Origin: Candidatus Magasanikiibacteriota bacterium
GTDB taxonomy: Bacteria; Patescibacteriota; Patescibacteriia; Magasanikbacterales; UBA922
Assembly: GCA_003510435.1 (NCBI GenBank)
Contig: DOMK01000009.1
Coordinates: 24,675-88,674, forward strand
Length of the DNA stretch: 64,000 nt
Direction of reading: 5' to 3'
Shown: positions 46,022 to 57,242 of the stretch, one piece after another
Numbering within the stretch: position 1 is the first letter of the stretch
How the letters are laid out: each line of letters starts with the position of its first letter
Notes under the pieces: generated by a model
Told to the model about the DNA's origin: nothing
The model's input: only the letters and a program-made list of their open reading frames with translations
The model's database searches: none
Made by a program: the position numbers and the translations under genes

Positions 46022-46858
46022 TTATACACCACACTCTACATTAGCAGCATTATCACTAGCAGTTAGACCAAAACCAGCTGAATAACTAGAATTACTCAAA
46101 ACTTTCTTACATTCTTCTGGCTGTTTGTTAAAAGCTGCACAAATCACTTGTTTGACTGCTTCTGGAGTCCGAGCTACATTAACTTGAGTACCATTGATAA
46201 CCAAAGTTGGAGAACCTTGGACATCATATTTTGTATTCAAATCACCATCTATACCATAAATTGGGTAACGGCCTGACAACCAAGTACTTTTGTCATTGTA
46301 TTGTTCAGTGATTTTATATTTTTTATCAGTGCTATTGACACAAGAAGCCAATTTTTCATCAGTCAATTTTACTGCTGACAAACACTTGGCAGAATTATCT
46401 TCGGCCACAAAACATTTCAAATAAGCAATTAATTTATCTTTTGAATCTTGACCGATACAATATTGTCTAGTATTTTCATCAATTTCTTTTTTACCATGCA
46501 TAGCATAGCTAACAAATTTTAAACTTATATCAGCTTTGTTTTTTAACAATTCCCAAGCTGGTAAATAAGCTTTTTCCATTTGTAAGCCATAAGGACAATA
46601 TGACATGACAAATAACTCAACGACTGGCTTATCACTTTTTACGACAGTGGGAGAGGGTGCTACTGCTCCATCAACATCATTTTGTACTACGGCCGGTTTA
46701 TTGTCTACTGTTTCAGTAGTTGAACTTCCTCCAGATAACAATATTCCTAGAGTTATAAAAAAACCAATCGTACAAAGTACTAAAACGCCTCCGATAATAC
46801 CGAAAGCAAATGATTGACCTCGACTCATGAGATCAAAAAAACTTTTTTTCTCATCCAT
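46022..46858 (-). CDS. membrane-anchored thioredoxin-fold protein (DsbA-like), CPYG active site
   Basis: N-terminal TM segment and the VMSYCPYGLQ CxxC motif. Confidence 0.5.
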   Translation of the reverse strand: MDEKKSFFDLMSRGQSFAFGIIGGVLVLCTIGFFITLGILLSGGSSTTETVDNKPAVVQNDVDGAVAPSPTVVKSDKPVVELFVMSYCPYGLQMEKAYLPAWELLKNKADISLKFVSYAMHGKKEIDENTRQYCIGQDSKDKLIAYLKCFVAEDNSAKCLSAVKLTDEKLASCVNSTDKKYKITEQYNDKSTWLSGRYPIYGIDGDLNTKYDVQGSPTLVINGTQVNVARTPEAVKQVICAAFNKQPEECKKVLSNSSYSAGFGLTASDNAANVECGV

Positions 46859-46936
46859 AGATAAAAAATTAAATTAATTAATACTAAATAAGTATATATT
46901 ATACTATAATAAGAGATTATAACAAATTTTAAAAAG

Positions 46937-48133
46937 CTAGACAAGCTGTTGATAAATACTATTAAGTCTTTCCCCCATTAATTCTAATGAATATCTTTCC
47001 TCAGCTGTCTGCCGGACATCCTGTGTCCACTGCCACTGATCTACATCTTCCTTAAAATAACCAAATAAAGTTTCTGCCAAAAGTAAATGACTTCCCGAGG
47101 CAAAAACCATTCCGCCTTCACTGGCCACTGTTCGCACTCCTGGTAAATCACTAGCTACCACTGGCACCCCACTAGCCATAGCTTCTAATAAAACCATACC
47201 AAAAGCTTCACCTTTGGTTGTGGAAGGTAAAACAAACAAATCTGCCAGGTTATAATAATATGGCAGTTCTTCCTGACTAACCTGACCAGCAAATTTCACA
47301 AAATCACTTAAGCCTAAAACCTTAGCCTGCATTTCATATTCTTGTCTTAATTCTCCATCCCCCACTAACAAAGTCTGTAAAATAAAATCATGGGTTTTTA
47401 ATTCATGCAAAGCTTGTAATAAGACTGGAATACCCTTGAAATAATGTGCCCTATCCATACCGCCGACAAATAACAACACGGGCAAATCTGGATTTAAATT
47501 ATGACGACTAAATAAACTGGCTGATTTATCTCTGGGTCTAAATCGTTCAATATCAACTCCAAAAGGAACTTCTATCCACTTATTTGGATTTTGCAAATAA
47601 ATCTCACGGGCTTGACTGTTTTCTATATAATCTAGAGAACTGGCAATTAAGACATCAGCTGTGTTTAAAATCTTTGGCATCCAATATTTGGCATAATATT
47701 TGAAAAATAATCCAAGCCAACCAGGGGCTCGATTATCCATATGATAAGTCACGACTAAGGGCTTTTGTGGATTGCGAACTTTCCATTTTCGTACCAAATT
47801 TGCCACACCATAAAAAGGATAATGCAAATGGACTAAATCAAAATTATCCAATTCATGTTGGATCTGAGGAATATAAGCAGCATTACCTTTTTGTAAAGCT
47901 GGTTTTAAACGTCTGGCCACCACGTCCAATTCTCTTTCAGTGATTTTTTGTTCTTTAACAAAAGTTGGCTCACTGTCTTTATCAATCTCTAATTCTTCTT
48001 CCCGATAATAATGTGGAGTAATCACTTCTATTTCATGCCCAAATTTGGCCAGTTCACTGGCTGTTTGATAAACAATATTTCCCATTCCACCATGATACGG
48101 CGGAAAAGTACAAACTACTTGGGCAATGCGCAT
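46937..48133 (-). CDS. glycosyltransferase family 4 (GT-B)
   Basis: EAFGMVLLEAMASGVPVVASD motif. Confidence 0.8.
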   Translation of the reverse strand: MRIAQVVCTFPPYHGGMGNIVYQTASELAKFGHEIEVITPHYYREEELEIDKDSEPTFVKEQKITERELDVVARRLKPALQKGNAAYIPQIQHELDNFDLVHLHYPFYGVANLVRKWKVRNPQKPLVVTYHMDNRAPGWLGLFFKYYAKYWMPKILNTADVLIASSLDYIENSQAREIYLQNPNKWIEVPFGVDIERFRPRDKSASLFSRHNLNPDLPVLLFVGGMDRAHYFKGIPVLLQALHELKTHDFILQTLLVGDGELRQEYEMQAKVLGLSDFVKFAGQVSQEELPYYYNLADLFVLPSTTKGEAFGMVLLEAMASGVPVVASDLPGVRTVASEGGMVFASGSHLLLAETLFGYFKEDVDQWQWTQDVRQTAEERYSLELMGERLNSIYQQLV

Positions 48134-48186
48134 AACATTGATTTCACTGATTAATTAAGATTACACAGATTTTATAAATATGAATC

Positions 48187-48996
48187 TTATTCAATACTAT
48201 ACATAAAATATTCTGTTTTCCCTGTTCCTTTATTGTATTGTTGCCAAATTAAAGATTTTTCCAACATCACAAACCCTTTTGGCTGTGAAACACTAGTGAC
48301 AATCACCTCATCTTTTTTACCGTCAGAAAAAGTTCCATTTCTTTTATTAATAATTATACAGTCTCTTCTCACTGAGGTATGTCTCCGTCTTTGTTTATAG
48401 GTCATCAAAGGATCACAACTCATAATATAATCATAATTGTCAGTGCGATAATCAATCTTTCTTCCAAAAGATAACCCAACACTATTTGGCTCTATTTTAT
48501 CCCCTGTTTTTGGATCAATAACTATTCCACCATCCGTCACTAAATTGGTAGCGTGTTCATCAACAAACTGGTATATAGCATAATCGGGTTTGTCACTTTT
48601 TATTTTTTCTTTATAACCTGTAAAATCAAAAAATTCAACTTTTTTATTTATAATATCAAAAGATGCACAAGGGACTAATTTATAATCAACATTACATTTT
48701 GTGTAAAAAAATCCATCTATTACATCTCCACCAACTAACCATTGGGTACCTTGTTCTTCGGTCATTGGAATTTCAAAAATTTTATAAACCTTGTCCACTT
48801 CCATTGTCATTCCAGGTTGAAATACAAAAACTTTCGTGACAGGAAGCTGAACACCTCCATAAGGTAATTCTCCACCAAAATAATTAGAAATAAATTTTGA
48901 CAAAAAATAAAAAACAACGAGTATTGATATAATTACAACCATTTTCAAAACAATACCTGGGTTTGTTTTTGATTTATTCTTTATTTCATCCTGCAT
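48187..48996 (-). CDS. hypothetical membrane-anchored protein
   Basis: ORF with an N-terminal TM segment. Confidence 0.35.
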   Translation of the reverse strand: MQDEIKNKSKTNPGIVLKMVVIISILVVFYFLSKFISNYFGGELPYGGVQLPVTKVFVFQPGMTMEVDKVYKIFEIPMTEEQGTQWLVGGDVIDGFFYTKCNVDYKLVPCASFDIINKKVEFFDFTGYKEKIKSDKPDYAIYQFVDEHATNLVTDGGIVIDPKTGDKIEPNSVGLSFGRKIDYRTDNYDYIMSCDPLMTYKQRRRHTSVRRDCIIINKRNGTFSDGKKDEVIVTSVSQPKGFVMLEKSLIWQQYNKGTGKTEYFMYSIE

Positions 48997-49062
48997 ATTT
49001 ATAAAAATTAATCATTAAATCTTTTAATCTTAATTCCTTATTCCCCGCCTGCGCAGGCAGGC

Positions 49063-49404
49063 TTATTCCTTATTCCTTACTCCTTCCCCGACCGCTTCTC
49101 TCCTCACCACCTTAGTAATATCTCTACCAACAGATTCAAGCTTGATATGAAGTTTAAATAATAAATAAAATATAATTACCAAGGCAACATAAATAACAAA
49201 ATCTGTACCGCGACCAATCCCTAAATAATTTGCCAGAATCGTAGTACTATTTGGCCAGAGCACAGCCACAATTGCTAAAAGCCAAAATATTAGCCAAAAA
49301 AACAAACCCTTTGGACCAAGCAAACCTTCTTGTTTACGCTTAATAACGTTCACTATGGCAAACAAAACAAACATAGTAAACAAAATTTGAAATAAAATTA
49401 ACAT
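49063..49404 (-). CDS. small 3-TM membrane protein (DUF2304-like?) adjacent to a GT2. The last ~7 codons are encoded by a repeat element.
   Basis: 113 aa. The C-terminal ...GEGVRNKE is read from GGAGTAAGGAATAAGG repeat DNA. Confidence 0.4.
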   Translation of the reverse strand: MLILFQILFTMFVLFAIVNVIKRKQEGLLGPKGLFFWLIFWLLAIVAVLWPNSTTILANYLGIGRGTDFVIYVALVIIFYLLFKLHIKLESVGRDITKVVRREAVGEGVRNKE

Positions 49405-49473
49405 AATATTTAAGGAATAAGGATTAAGGAATAAAGAATAAAATTTTATCCTTATTCCTTACTCCTTTTTCCT

Positions 49474-50130
49474 TTACTTTACAAACTTACCAAACACTAA
49501 ATCTCTTGCCACCTTAAAACCACCACCCAAACCCTGACCAAACTTATGGTATACCACTTTCACCGGAAATTCAACGTATTGTAAACCCAATTTTTTCGCC
49601 TTGGCTGGAATCTCAGTGGCATGGGCCATCCTGTCTTGTTCAATTGTAATTTGTTCTAAAGCTTTTTTATTCAATATTCTAAATCCATTGTGAGTATCTT
49701 CCAAATCTACTCCACAAATTTTATTAAAAATTTTAGCCACAGGAAAAAGAATATATTTTTTAAACCATGGTAATTGGGTCCGATTATCCAAAAATCTAGA
49801 ACCAAACAATATATCCACTCCACTGTCTTTTAACTTTTTCAAAGCTGGTTTGATATCTTCCACACAAAATTGATTATCTCCATCAAAATGTAAAACATAA
49901 TCAGCCCCAATTTGCAAAGCATAATCATGACCGGTTTGCAAAGCTGCACCTTGTCCACGATTTATTTTGTGTTGTAAAACAATCGCTCCACTTGTCAAAG
50001 CTTGTTTGTACGTATTGTCACACGAACAATCATCCACCACAATCACTTTATCCACATGAGCAAAAAGGCTCTGGACCACAGAGCCGATAGTTTTTTCTTC
50101 ATTGTAAGCAGGGACAACAGCCACGAACAT
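49474..50130 (-). CDS. glycosyltransferase family 2 (dolichyl-phosphate sugar synthase-like)
   Basis: VVPAYNEEKTI ... VVDDCSCDNT. Confidence 0.8.
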   Translation of the reverse strand: MFVAVVPAYNEEKTIGSVVQSLFAHVDKVIVVDDCSCDNTYKQALTSGAIVLQHKINRGQGAALQTGHDYALQIGADYVLHFDGDNQFCVEDIKPALKKLKDSGVDILFGSRFLDNRTQLPWFKKYILFPVAKIFNKICGVDLEDTHNGFRILNKKALEQITIEQDRMAHATEIPAKAKKLGLQYVEFPVKVVYHKFGQGLGGGFKVARDLVFGKFVK

Positions 50131-50167
50131 ACTTATAATACCAACGTAAATTTATAATTTAAAATTT

Positions 50168-51178
50168 TTATAACATCTCCTTGTTAGCAATTGTATAATC
50201 AATGGTTTTATTTAAACCATCTTCCAAATTAATTAATGGGATCCAATCCAAATTTTCTTTGGCTCGAATCAAATCCGGCACGCCTTTTGGAGTTAAAAAT
50301 ACCAATGGAGCTTCATATCTAATTTTGGAAGTTGAATTGGTCATCTTAATAATTTTTTCTGCTACGGCTGCCATACTATATATCTGATCATGTCCTAGAT
50401 TAACCAAATGAAATTCTGGTTCGGATCTCATGAGACGAACTAGACCATCAACCATATCAGTAATAAAACATAATGATTGATTCATATCCCCATTGCCATA
50501 AATTACTAAATCTTGTCCATCCAAAGCATCCAAAATAAAATCTGGAATAAGTAAACCATCACGCAATTTCATTCTTGGACCATAAGTACTAAAAATCCGC
50601 GCAATTTTTGCATCCAAACCATAAACTTGACGGTAAGTTTCTACACAAGTTTCGGCAAATCTCTTGCCTTCATCATAACAACCCCGCGGTGACAGATGAT
50701 TAACTATGCCCTCATCATCTTCTTTAAAAATCTTTCTATCTTCTCGCGGTGGCCCATAAACTACCGAACTAGAACCAAAAACATATTTGGCTCGATATTT
50801 TACTGCCAAATCCAAGGTATTAATCATGGCTCGAGAATTGGCCCACAAAGAATTAAGTTTTAAATTCTCAAAATTCTTTGGACTAGTTGGACAAGCCAAA
50901 TGATAAATTTCTTGTATGCCCTGAAATTTAATTTTAAATTTGTCTAGTTCATCAAAATTATCAAAATCTAGTGGCTGATTAACATCATATTTTATAAATT
51001 CAAAATCTGGATACTGCAAAAGATGATCAATATTTTTTATGTTAGAATTTGACAAATCATCCATACAAATTACTTTGGCTTCTTTCAAAAGTCTTTCGCA
51101 CAAATGTGAACCCAAAAAACCGGCTCCGCCAGTAACTAGAACATTCTTTTTTTCAAAAATTGGTATATCTCCTATCAT
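50168..51178 (-). CDS. UDP-glucuronate decarboxylase (UXS-like short-chain dehydratase)
   Basis: VLVTGGAGFLGSHL; CYDEGKRFAETCVETYRQVYGLDAKIARIFSTYGPRM closely matches UXS. Confidence 0.75.
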   Translation of the reverse strand: MIGDIPIFEKKNVLVTGGAGFLGSHLCERLLKEAKVICMDDLSNSNIKNIDHLLQYPDFEFIKYDVNQPLDFDNFDELDKFKIKFQGIQEIYHLACPTSPKNFENLKLNSLWANSRAMINTLDLAVKYRAKYVFGSSSVVYGPPREDRKIFKEDDEGIVNHLSPRGCYDEGKRFAETCVETYRQVYGLDAKIARIFSTYGPRMKLRDGLLIPDFILDALDGQDLVIYGNGDMNQSLCFITDMVDGLVRLMRSEPEFHLVNLGHDQIYSMAAVAEKIIKMTNSTSKIRYEAPLVFLTPKGVPDLIRAKENLDWIPLINLEDGLNKTIDYTIANKEML

Positions 51179-51241
51179 ATAAAAGTAATTATTAGATTAT
51201 ATTATAAATTAATAAGGTTTCCATTCTTAATTATTATATCC

Positions 51242-53200
51242 TTAGTATACCAAAATTCTAGCATTTTTAACACTCTGACCAATAAATGTAGACCATTCTG
51301 CCATTTTCTTTACTTTTCCACTCCAAACCCTGGTTAATTGACTATTATCCAAAGGCTGCACCACTACATCATCTGAGCCATCATAATTATAATCACCTAT
51401 TTCCAAATCTACCCCGCCTTTGTAACTAGAGTCATAAGCGGTAAATTTTCTTTTTAATTTTCCATCCGTCTCAAAATATAATAAATAGGGTATTTCTCCT
51501 GTGCCAGCTACAATGACAAATTCCATTTCTTTATCACCATCAATATCACCTATTTTAAAGTCACCTACTGATTTTACATCATTTACAGACCACTCTTTTA
51601 TAATTTTATTTTGCTCATCAAAAATGTTTAAATTTAAACCATTAAAATTATAAACAGTCACAATTTTTTGTTTTTCATTTACTTTTTCTCTAACCAAATC
51701 AATCTGCACACCTTGGTGTTTTCCTTCAATAGTCAGCTCGTCTAATTCTTTACCAGTCAAATCAAATATTTTATAAACTTGTTTATCAGCATATCGGGGT
51801 GACAAAATTATTTCCTTTTTACTGTCACCACGAACATCACCAGTGGCCAAATCTAAAAATCCAAAAGCCTCAACTTCCCAAGAATTAATTACTTGCCAAT
51901 CTTTATCATAGATAACCACTATTATTTTGTTATCAATTGGCTCAGACACTGTGACAAATTTTAATTCACCTTTATCCAAAAAACTTTGAGCATCAGAAAT
52001 ATTTTTTAATTTTTCATTAATACCAAATTTTATATTATCTTTTAAATTTTTATTTTCTACATTACCAGTGTCAGAATCAAAACTCAAAATATTATTAATG
52101 ACTCGACTAAAACTTAATCTATCAAAAGCATACTTTACAGCCTTATCAATTTGCAATAAACCTGCGCCAAATAAATTGGCATAAACAGTTTCATCTTGAC
52201 CGGGCGTATGATGAACAGTTGATGTTATGGCAAAAAATATTTCTCTTGATCCCCAGGTCGGTTGAATTGATTTTATAAGAGCCACTGCTCCGCTTATTAA
52301 TGGAGCAGCAAATGAAGTCCCATTCCAATTACCTCCATATCTTTGATTAAGACCATTGGTTGGTGAAAAACGTAAAGTACTACTCAAACCTTTACCTGGA
52401 GCCGTAAAGTCAACGCAATTGGAACCAAAATTAGAAAAATTTGCCAAATGATGATCTGGAGTAATAGCATTAACACCAAATATTAAAAAATCTTCATCAG
52501 TATCCTGACAAATTGGATAGTAGGGTTTTTTGTTTAAATAAACAGCATCATTACCAGCCGCTGTCACTACTACTACTCCACTTTCAAAAGCATATTTAAT
52601 CGCTTCAGCCACGTCTTCATCTAATAAACTACTAACAATACTAATATTAATTACATCCGCTCCATTATCCACTGCATAATGAATGGCTTTTGAAAAATTT
52701 TTATAACTTCCGCTCCCACTATTACCCAAGACTTTTAAATTCATCATTTTTACTTGCCAATTCATTCCCACACCATCCAATTCATTATTTCCTTTAGCTC
52801 CAATCAAGCCGGCAACTACGGTCGCATGATTAAAAACTCCTGATTCTCTTTCCTCATCTGATAAATCATCAATTAACACTCGTGGATCATTGTTGTCTTC
52901 CAAAAAATTCCAGCCCCAGACATCATCCACATAGCCATTTTTATCATCGTCTTCATGATTATTAGGTATTTCATTTTCATTTTTCCAAACATTATCACGC
53001 AAATCTGGATGAAAAGTATCAAAACCATTATCCAAAATCGCCACCACCACATCACCAGAACCAGTCGTATAATCCCAAGCATCAAAAAGGCCAATATCTT
53101 TATAAGCCCACTGAGTAAAAAAAGGATCATTGGATATTGTAGTAGCCAAAACCAATTTTGGTATAAAGACAAACAGCCACAACAATAGTAATTTTCTCAT
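51242..53200 (-). CDS. secreted subtilisin-like S8 serine protease with a C-terminal beta-rich domain
   Basis: D (VAILDNGFD), H (NHATVVAG) and S (GTSFAAPLISG) triad in subtilisin order; signal peptide. Confidence 0.8.
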   Translation of the reverse strand: MRKLLLLWLFVFIPKLVLATTISNDPFFTQWAYKDIGLFDAWDYTTGSGDVVVAILDNGFDTFHPDLRDNVWKNENEIPNNHEDDDKNGYVDDVWGWNFLEDNNDPRVLIDDLSDEERESGVFNHATVVAGLIGAKGNNELDGVGMNWQVKMMNLKVLGNSGSGSYKNFSKAIHYAVDNGADVINISIVSSLLDEDVAEAIKYAFESGVVVVTAAGNDAVYLNKKPYYPICQDTDEDFLIFGVNAITPDHHLANFSNFGSNCVDFTAPGKGLSSTLRFSPTNGLNQRYGGNWNGTSFAAPLISGAVALIKSIQPTWGSREIFFAITSTVHHTPGQDETVYANLFGAGLLQIDKAVKYAFDRLSFSRVINNILSFDSDTGNVENKNLKDNIKFGINEKLKNISDAQSFLDKGELKFVTVSEPIDNKIIVVIYDKDWQVINSWEVEAFGFLDLATGDVRGDSKKEIILSPRYADKQVYKIFDLTGKELDELTIEGKHQGVQIDLVREKVNEKQKIVTVYNFNGLNLNIFDEQNKIIKEWSVNDVKSVGDFKIGDIDGDKEMEFVIVAGTGEIPYLLYFETDGKLKRKFTAYDSSYKGGVDLEIGDYNYDGSDDVVVQPLDNSQLTRVWSGKVKKMAEWSTFIGQSVKNARILVY

Positions 53201-53204
53201 GTTT

Positions 53205-54788
53205 TTACATTTTTATAATATCACCAGCCAACATCTCAGTCGGATAAATAATTTCGGTATTAGAAAAAGTTTTCTTTTCTGCCATAAAATCTATATTATA
53301 TGGTGATAAAGATACAAATTTTGGATCAAAATTTAGATTTTTAAAATTCTTGTCATTTGTATCGCGTCCCAAATAATAATATTTACCATTACTATGACGA
53401 TAATACAATTTTTTATCAGCATAATTTTTTATTATTGAACCAATGGGATATTCATAGGTATCGGCCAATAAGGTATTTAGATTACCATAGCCAGCAGCTG
53501 GATAACCATTAAGAATTTCTGGCATGTCGCTATAGCTGTCCCCATCAGTATCTTTATTAGTCGGATCAGAAAACCAAAAATTAATTTCTTCCAAGTCAGC
53601 CAAACCATCACCATCAGTATCTAATTTTTTATCACTACTACCATACTTATCTTCAGTCTCTTTGGAAACCCCATCATGGTCACTGTCGACTATTTCCAAA
53701 TCAACATCAGTTATGTCATAGGTTAAGGTATTGTAATTACTAGCATGAACCAAATCTAATTCCAAAACTCTTTTTACCCATTCTGATCCATATAAAAGAT
53801 ATGCTTCAGCTTCGGATAAAATTGGTCGCAACTGACAGCCAGGTTCAACAGCATAAATTTTTGGCAAACCTTTAAATTTTAATAACCAAGTTCCAGGACG
53901 AACACAGACTTGTGGGCCAATCTGGTACTCACTCAGTTTAGCATTGCTCAAAAATCTTATATTACTAAAATCTTTGTACCAAGAATGATAAACTCCACTA
54001 TTTAAAAATGGATGCAACCGACCATCAAAGCCATAATAATAAATTGTGCTCCCCTGCCCTTTCATCAGAGTACCTTCTTCCAAATAGACTGAGGGCTGAT
54101 TATAAATAATTTTTTTACTTACAGTTTCCTTTTGTCCATTACTGTTTAAAAATTGAATATAAATTGTTTTTTCCCCTGCTCCAGGTGATAAAACCCAAGC
54201 CACGCGATCAGTAATTGATTTAAATTCTAAGTCAGTAAAATTATTACTATCATTGCTAGCAATATACCCCTCTACCCCAGTGGAATAAGTTAAGTCTAAA
54301 TTTACATAGCGTGAATCAGTGTCCTTGGCACTAATCTTTTTGTCCTTATTGCTTTTGTCAATCTCAGCATTGATAAAAAAATCTACATCCATTGCTTTTG
54401 GGGCTGATAACTGAATTTTACCACTATAAATATTACTGACATCGCCCTTGGCATTTTTAAATCTAATATAAACAATTTTGGTTCCAGCTCCAAAGGAAAC
54501 AAACCAGGATTTGCGTGAGCTGTAAGCTTCCCACTCTGCTTCGGCAAAACCTACATCATTTGACACTTTCATAAACTTGGCGTCTTCTGTGCCTTTTATA
54601 TACAAAGTAACTTTTCTAGTCTTAGTAGTAGTTCCAGCACTATTATTTATTTTTAATGACGGGGTATCGGCAGTCTCAACAAAACCAGCCAGTCCTAAAC
54701 CAAAAAATACTAGCAAAACACTAACTAAAAAAATAAACTTAAAATGTTGCTTTTTTCTCATAAATCTGCTAATATTAAAAATAATCAC
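53205..54788 (-). CDS. secreted protein with thrombospondin type 3-like Ca-binding repeats
   Basis: DTDGDGLADLEE and DKDTDGDSYSD repeats; N-terminal TM/signal segment. Confidence 0.6.
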   Translation of the reverse strand: MIIFNISRFMRKKQHFKFIFLVSVLLVFFGLGLAGFVETADTPSLKINNSAGTTTKTRKVTLYIKGTEDAKFMKVSNDVGFAEAEWEAYSSRKSWFVSFGAGTKIVYIRFKNAKGDVSNIYSGKIQLSAPKAMDVDFFINAEIDKSNKDKKISAKDTDSRYVNLDLTYSTGVEGYIASNDSNNFTDLEFKSITDRVAWVLSPGAGEKTIYIQFLNSNGQKETVSKKIIYNQPSVYLEEGTLMKGQGSTIYYYGFDGRLHPFLNSGVYHSWYKDFSNIRFLSNAKLSEYQIGPQVCVRPGTWLLKFKGLPKIYAVEPGCQLRPILSEAEAYLLYGSEWVKRVLELDLVHASNYNTLTYDITDVDLEIVDSDHDGVSKETEDKYGSSDKKLDTDGDGLADLEEINFWFSDPTNKDTDGDSYSDMPEILNGYPAAGYGNLNTLLADTYEYPIGSIIKNYADKKLYYRHSNGKYYYLGRDTNDKNFKNLNFDPKFVSLSPYNIDFMAEKKTFSNTEIIYPTEMLAGDIIKM

Positions 54789-54826
54789 CTATTGAATTAT
54801 ACAAAAAAAACACTAAATAAGCAAAT

Positions 54827-56212
54827 ATGCGCTTGATATACAGAATAAAACAGGCCATGCTCGCCACTGGAGATTGGGTTATTTTTTATATAACATTCTG
54901 GTTAAGCCTATCTATTAGAAACTGGCAAATTCCCAATTGGCAAATTATAGAAAAAAATCTTGATTTATTTTCTATTTTGTTTATTGTTTGGTTGTTAATC
55001 AACTATATAAATGGTCTATATGATCTCCTAAAGATTAAAGGACAATTATTTAGACGTCATTTTATAGAATCAGCCATAATGTCGCTAATAATAAGCGTTT
55101 TGATAATATACACATTACCGACGCGTGGCATTGTGCCAAAAACTATTCTTCTTTTAAATATACTCCTTGGTTATTCATTAAGTTATCTTTGGAAGATCAT
55201 CTTCAATAAATATATAAATACCAAAACCTTAAAAACCAATGTAATTTTTATTGGTCTTGATAATGAAACATTAGAAATAACTAAAATAATCCAAAGATAC
55301 CCAGAAAAAGGTTATCTAACTAAAGCTCTGATTGATCCAGAAAAGCATACAGGGTCAGATGAATTTCCTTTTTTTGATGTCTATCATGATCTTAGCATTC
55401 TAAAGACAAAAATTGATGATTATAAGGCCAGCTTATTAGTCATAGCCAATCATCTCAAGACTGACACAGAAACTCTAAAAGAACTATACAGATTATTATT
55501 TTACAATATAAAAATCGTCGACACTTCATCTTTTTATGAAGAAATCACTGGAAGAATACCACCATCAGTTTTTTCTGAGGGTTGGTTTTTGGAACATCTC
55601 CAGACTAGACAAATCATCCACGAAAAAATAAAAACTTTTTACGATTACATGGCTGGGTTTGTGATGGGGATATGTTTTGCTATTCTTTTCCCCTTTATTG
55701 CTCTAGCCATAAAAACAAATTCCAAAGGCTCAATTTTTTTTACTCAAGCTCGAGTTGGTAAAAATGGAAAAATTTTTACTTTGTATAAATTTAGATCAAT
55801 GTATGTTTTGGCTGATGATGGTAGTGCTGAGATATCAGGTGCAGAATTTGCCCAAAAAGATGACAAAAGAATAACTTTTATTGGAAATTTTTTACGCAAA
55901 ACAAGATTAGATGAATTACCTCAATTCATTAATGTATTTAAAGGAGAAATATCTTTGATTGGACCAAGACCAGAACGGCCGGAGATTGTTGAACAATTAA
56001 AAAAAATCATGCCCTATTATGATCTACGCCATACTGTAAAACCTGGACTGACTGGCTGGGCTGTTATTCACCAACATTATACTGATAATTTAGAAAGTTC
56101 ACTCCAAAAATTACAGTATGATTTGTATTATATAAAAAATCGTTCTTTACTATTAGACATTTCTATATTATTAAAAACAGTTAACGTAGTAATAAGGATG
56201 ATGGGGCAATGA
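54827..56212 (+). CDS. polyprenyl-phosphate sugar phosphotransferase (WbaP/bacterial sugar transferase family)
   Basis: C-terminal ...RLDELPQFINVFKGEISLIGPRPERPE. Confidence 0.85.
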   Translation: MRLIYRIKQAMLATGDWVIFYITFWLSLSIRNWQIPNWQIIEKNLDLFSILFIVWLLINYINGLYDLLKIKGQLFRRHFIESAIMSLIISVLIIYTLPTRGIVPKTILLLNILLGYSLSYLWKIIFNKYINTKTLKTNVIFIGLDNETLEITKIIQRYPEKGYLTKALIDPEKHTGSDEFPFFDVYHDLSILKTKIDDYKASLLVIANHLKTDTETLKELYRLLFYNIKIVDTSSFYEEITGRIPPSVFSEGWFLEHLQTRQIIHEKIKTFYDYMAGFVMGICFAILFPFIALAIKTNSKGSIFFTQARVGKNGKIFTLYKFRSMYVLADDGSAEISGAEFAQKDDKRITFIGNFLRKTRLDELPQFINVFKGEISLIGPRPERPEIVEQLKKIMPYYDLRHTVKPGLTGWAVIHQHYTDNLESSLQKLQYDLYYIKNRSLLLDISILLKTVNVVIRMMGQ

Positions 56213-56305
56213 CACCGAACCACTTTACCACCTGACCACACAATCAAACAAAAAGAGCCGAAGGCTCTTTTTGTTATGTGATAAAGTGCTTAAGTGTTTA
56301 GGTGG

Positions 56306-57217
56306 TTAAGTGATATTCCATTCCTCTTTCAACTTTTTAATTCCCTCTTCTAAATTTACAGTCGGCTCCCAACCTAGCAATATTTTAGCTTTAGTATTAT
56401 CAGCTTTGGTATATTTCATTTCACCAGACATTTCTGGGATATTAATTGTCGGACCACCAATTAAACCAGCTAATTGATTAACTGAGTAGGGATTGCCATT
56501 GCCAATATTAATAACCTCACCCTTCCCTATTGTATCTTTTGTCATGGCAAGTAAATTAGCTCTTACCACATCTGATACATGGGTATAATCACGATACATC
56601 TCACCATTCCCCCGGATAGTCATTGGTTCATTATTTTTTCTCTGTTGTAAAAATCTACCAATTACCAAAGCATAAGCGCCATTGGGATCTGCATATGGGC
56701 CATAGACATTAAAATAAACTAGAGAAACAGTTTCCAATCCGTACAAATCTGAAAACAAACGGCAGTAGTGTTCGCCAATATATTTGTGCAAAGCATAAGG
56801 AGCTAGAGGCTTCTTTACTACTCCATCTTCTTTCAGAGGGTAAACTTCCTGATCACCATAAGCTGATGATGAGGAAGAAAATACTACCCGTTTTACACCG
56901 TTGTCACGGGCTGACAATAAAACATTTAATGTGCCATTAACATTGACATTGTGAGTCTCCAAAGGTTGTTCAACTGAAAAAACTACCCGCGGTAAAGCTG
57001 CCATATGAAACACTCCATCCACACCTGTCATAGCTTTATTTAATTCCTCTAAATTGCGGATATCACCTTCTACATACTCTACACCTTCTTGAAAACGCTC
57101 TGGTTTCTTACCGCCAGCGTAATTATCAAATACCACTACCTCATGACCTTCGGCTAATAATTGTATTACGAGGTTGGTGCCAATAAACCCAGCCCCGCCT
57201 GTAACTAAATATTTCAT
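56306..57217 (-). CDS. NAD-dependent nucleotide-sugar epimerase/dehydratase
   Basis: MKYLVTGGAGFIGTNL Rossmann fold and YxxxK. Confidence 0.75.
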   Translation of the reverse strand: MKYLVTGGAGFIGTNLVIQLLAEGHEVVVFDNYAGGKKPERFQEGVEYVEGDIRNLEELNKAMTGVDGVFHMAALPRVVFSVEQPLETHNVNVNGTLNVLLSARDNGVKRVVFSSSSSAYGDQEVYPLKEDGVVKKPLAPYALHKYIGEHYCRLFSDLYGLETVSLVYFNVYGPYADPNGAYALVIGRFLQQRKNNEPMTIRGNGEMYRDYTHVSDVVRANLLAMTKDTIGKGEVINIGNGNPYSVNQLAGLIGGPTINIPEMSGEMKYTKADNTKAKILLGWEPTVNLEEGIKKLKEEWNIT

Positions 57218-57242
57218 AAAATAATAATTAAATATAAATTCC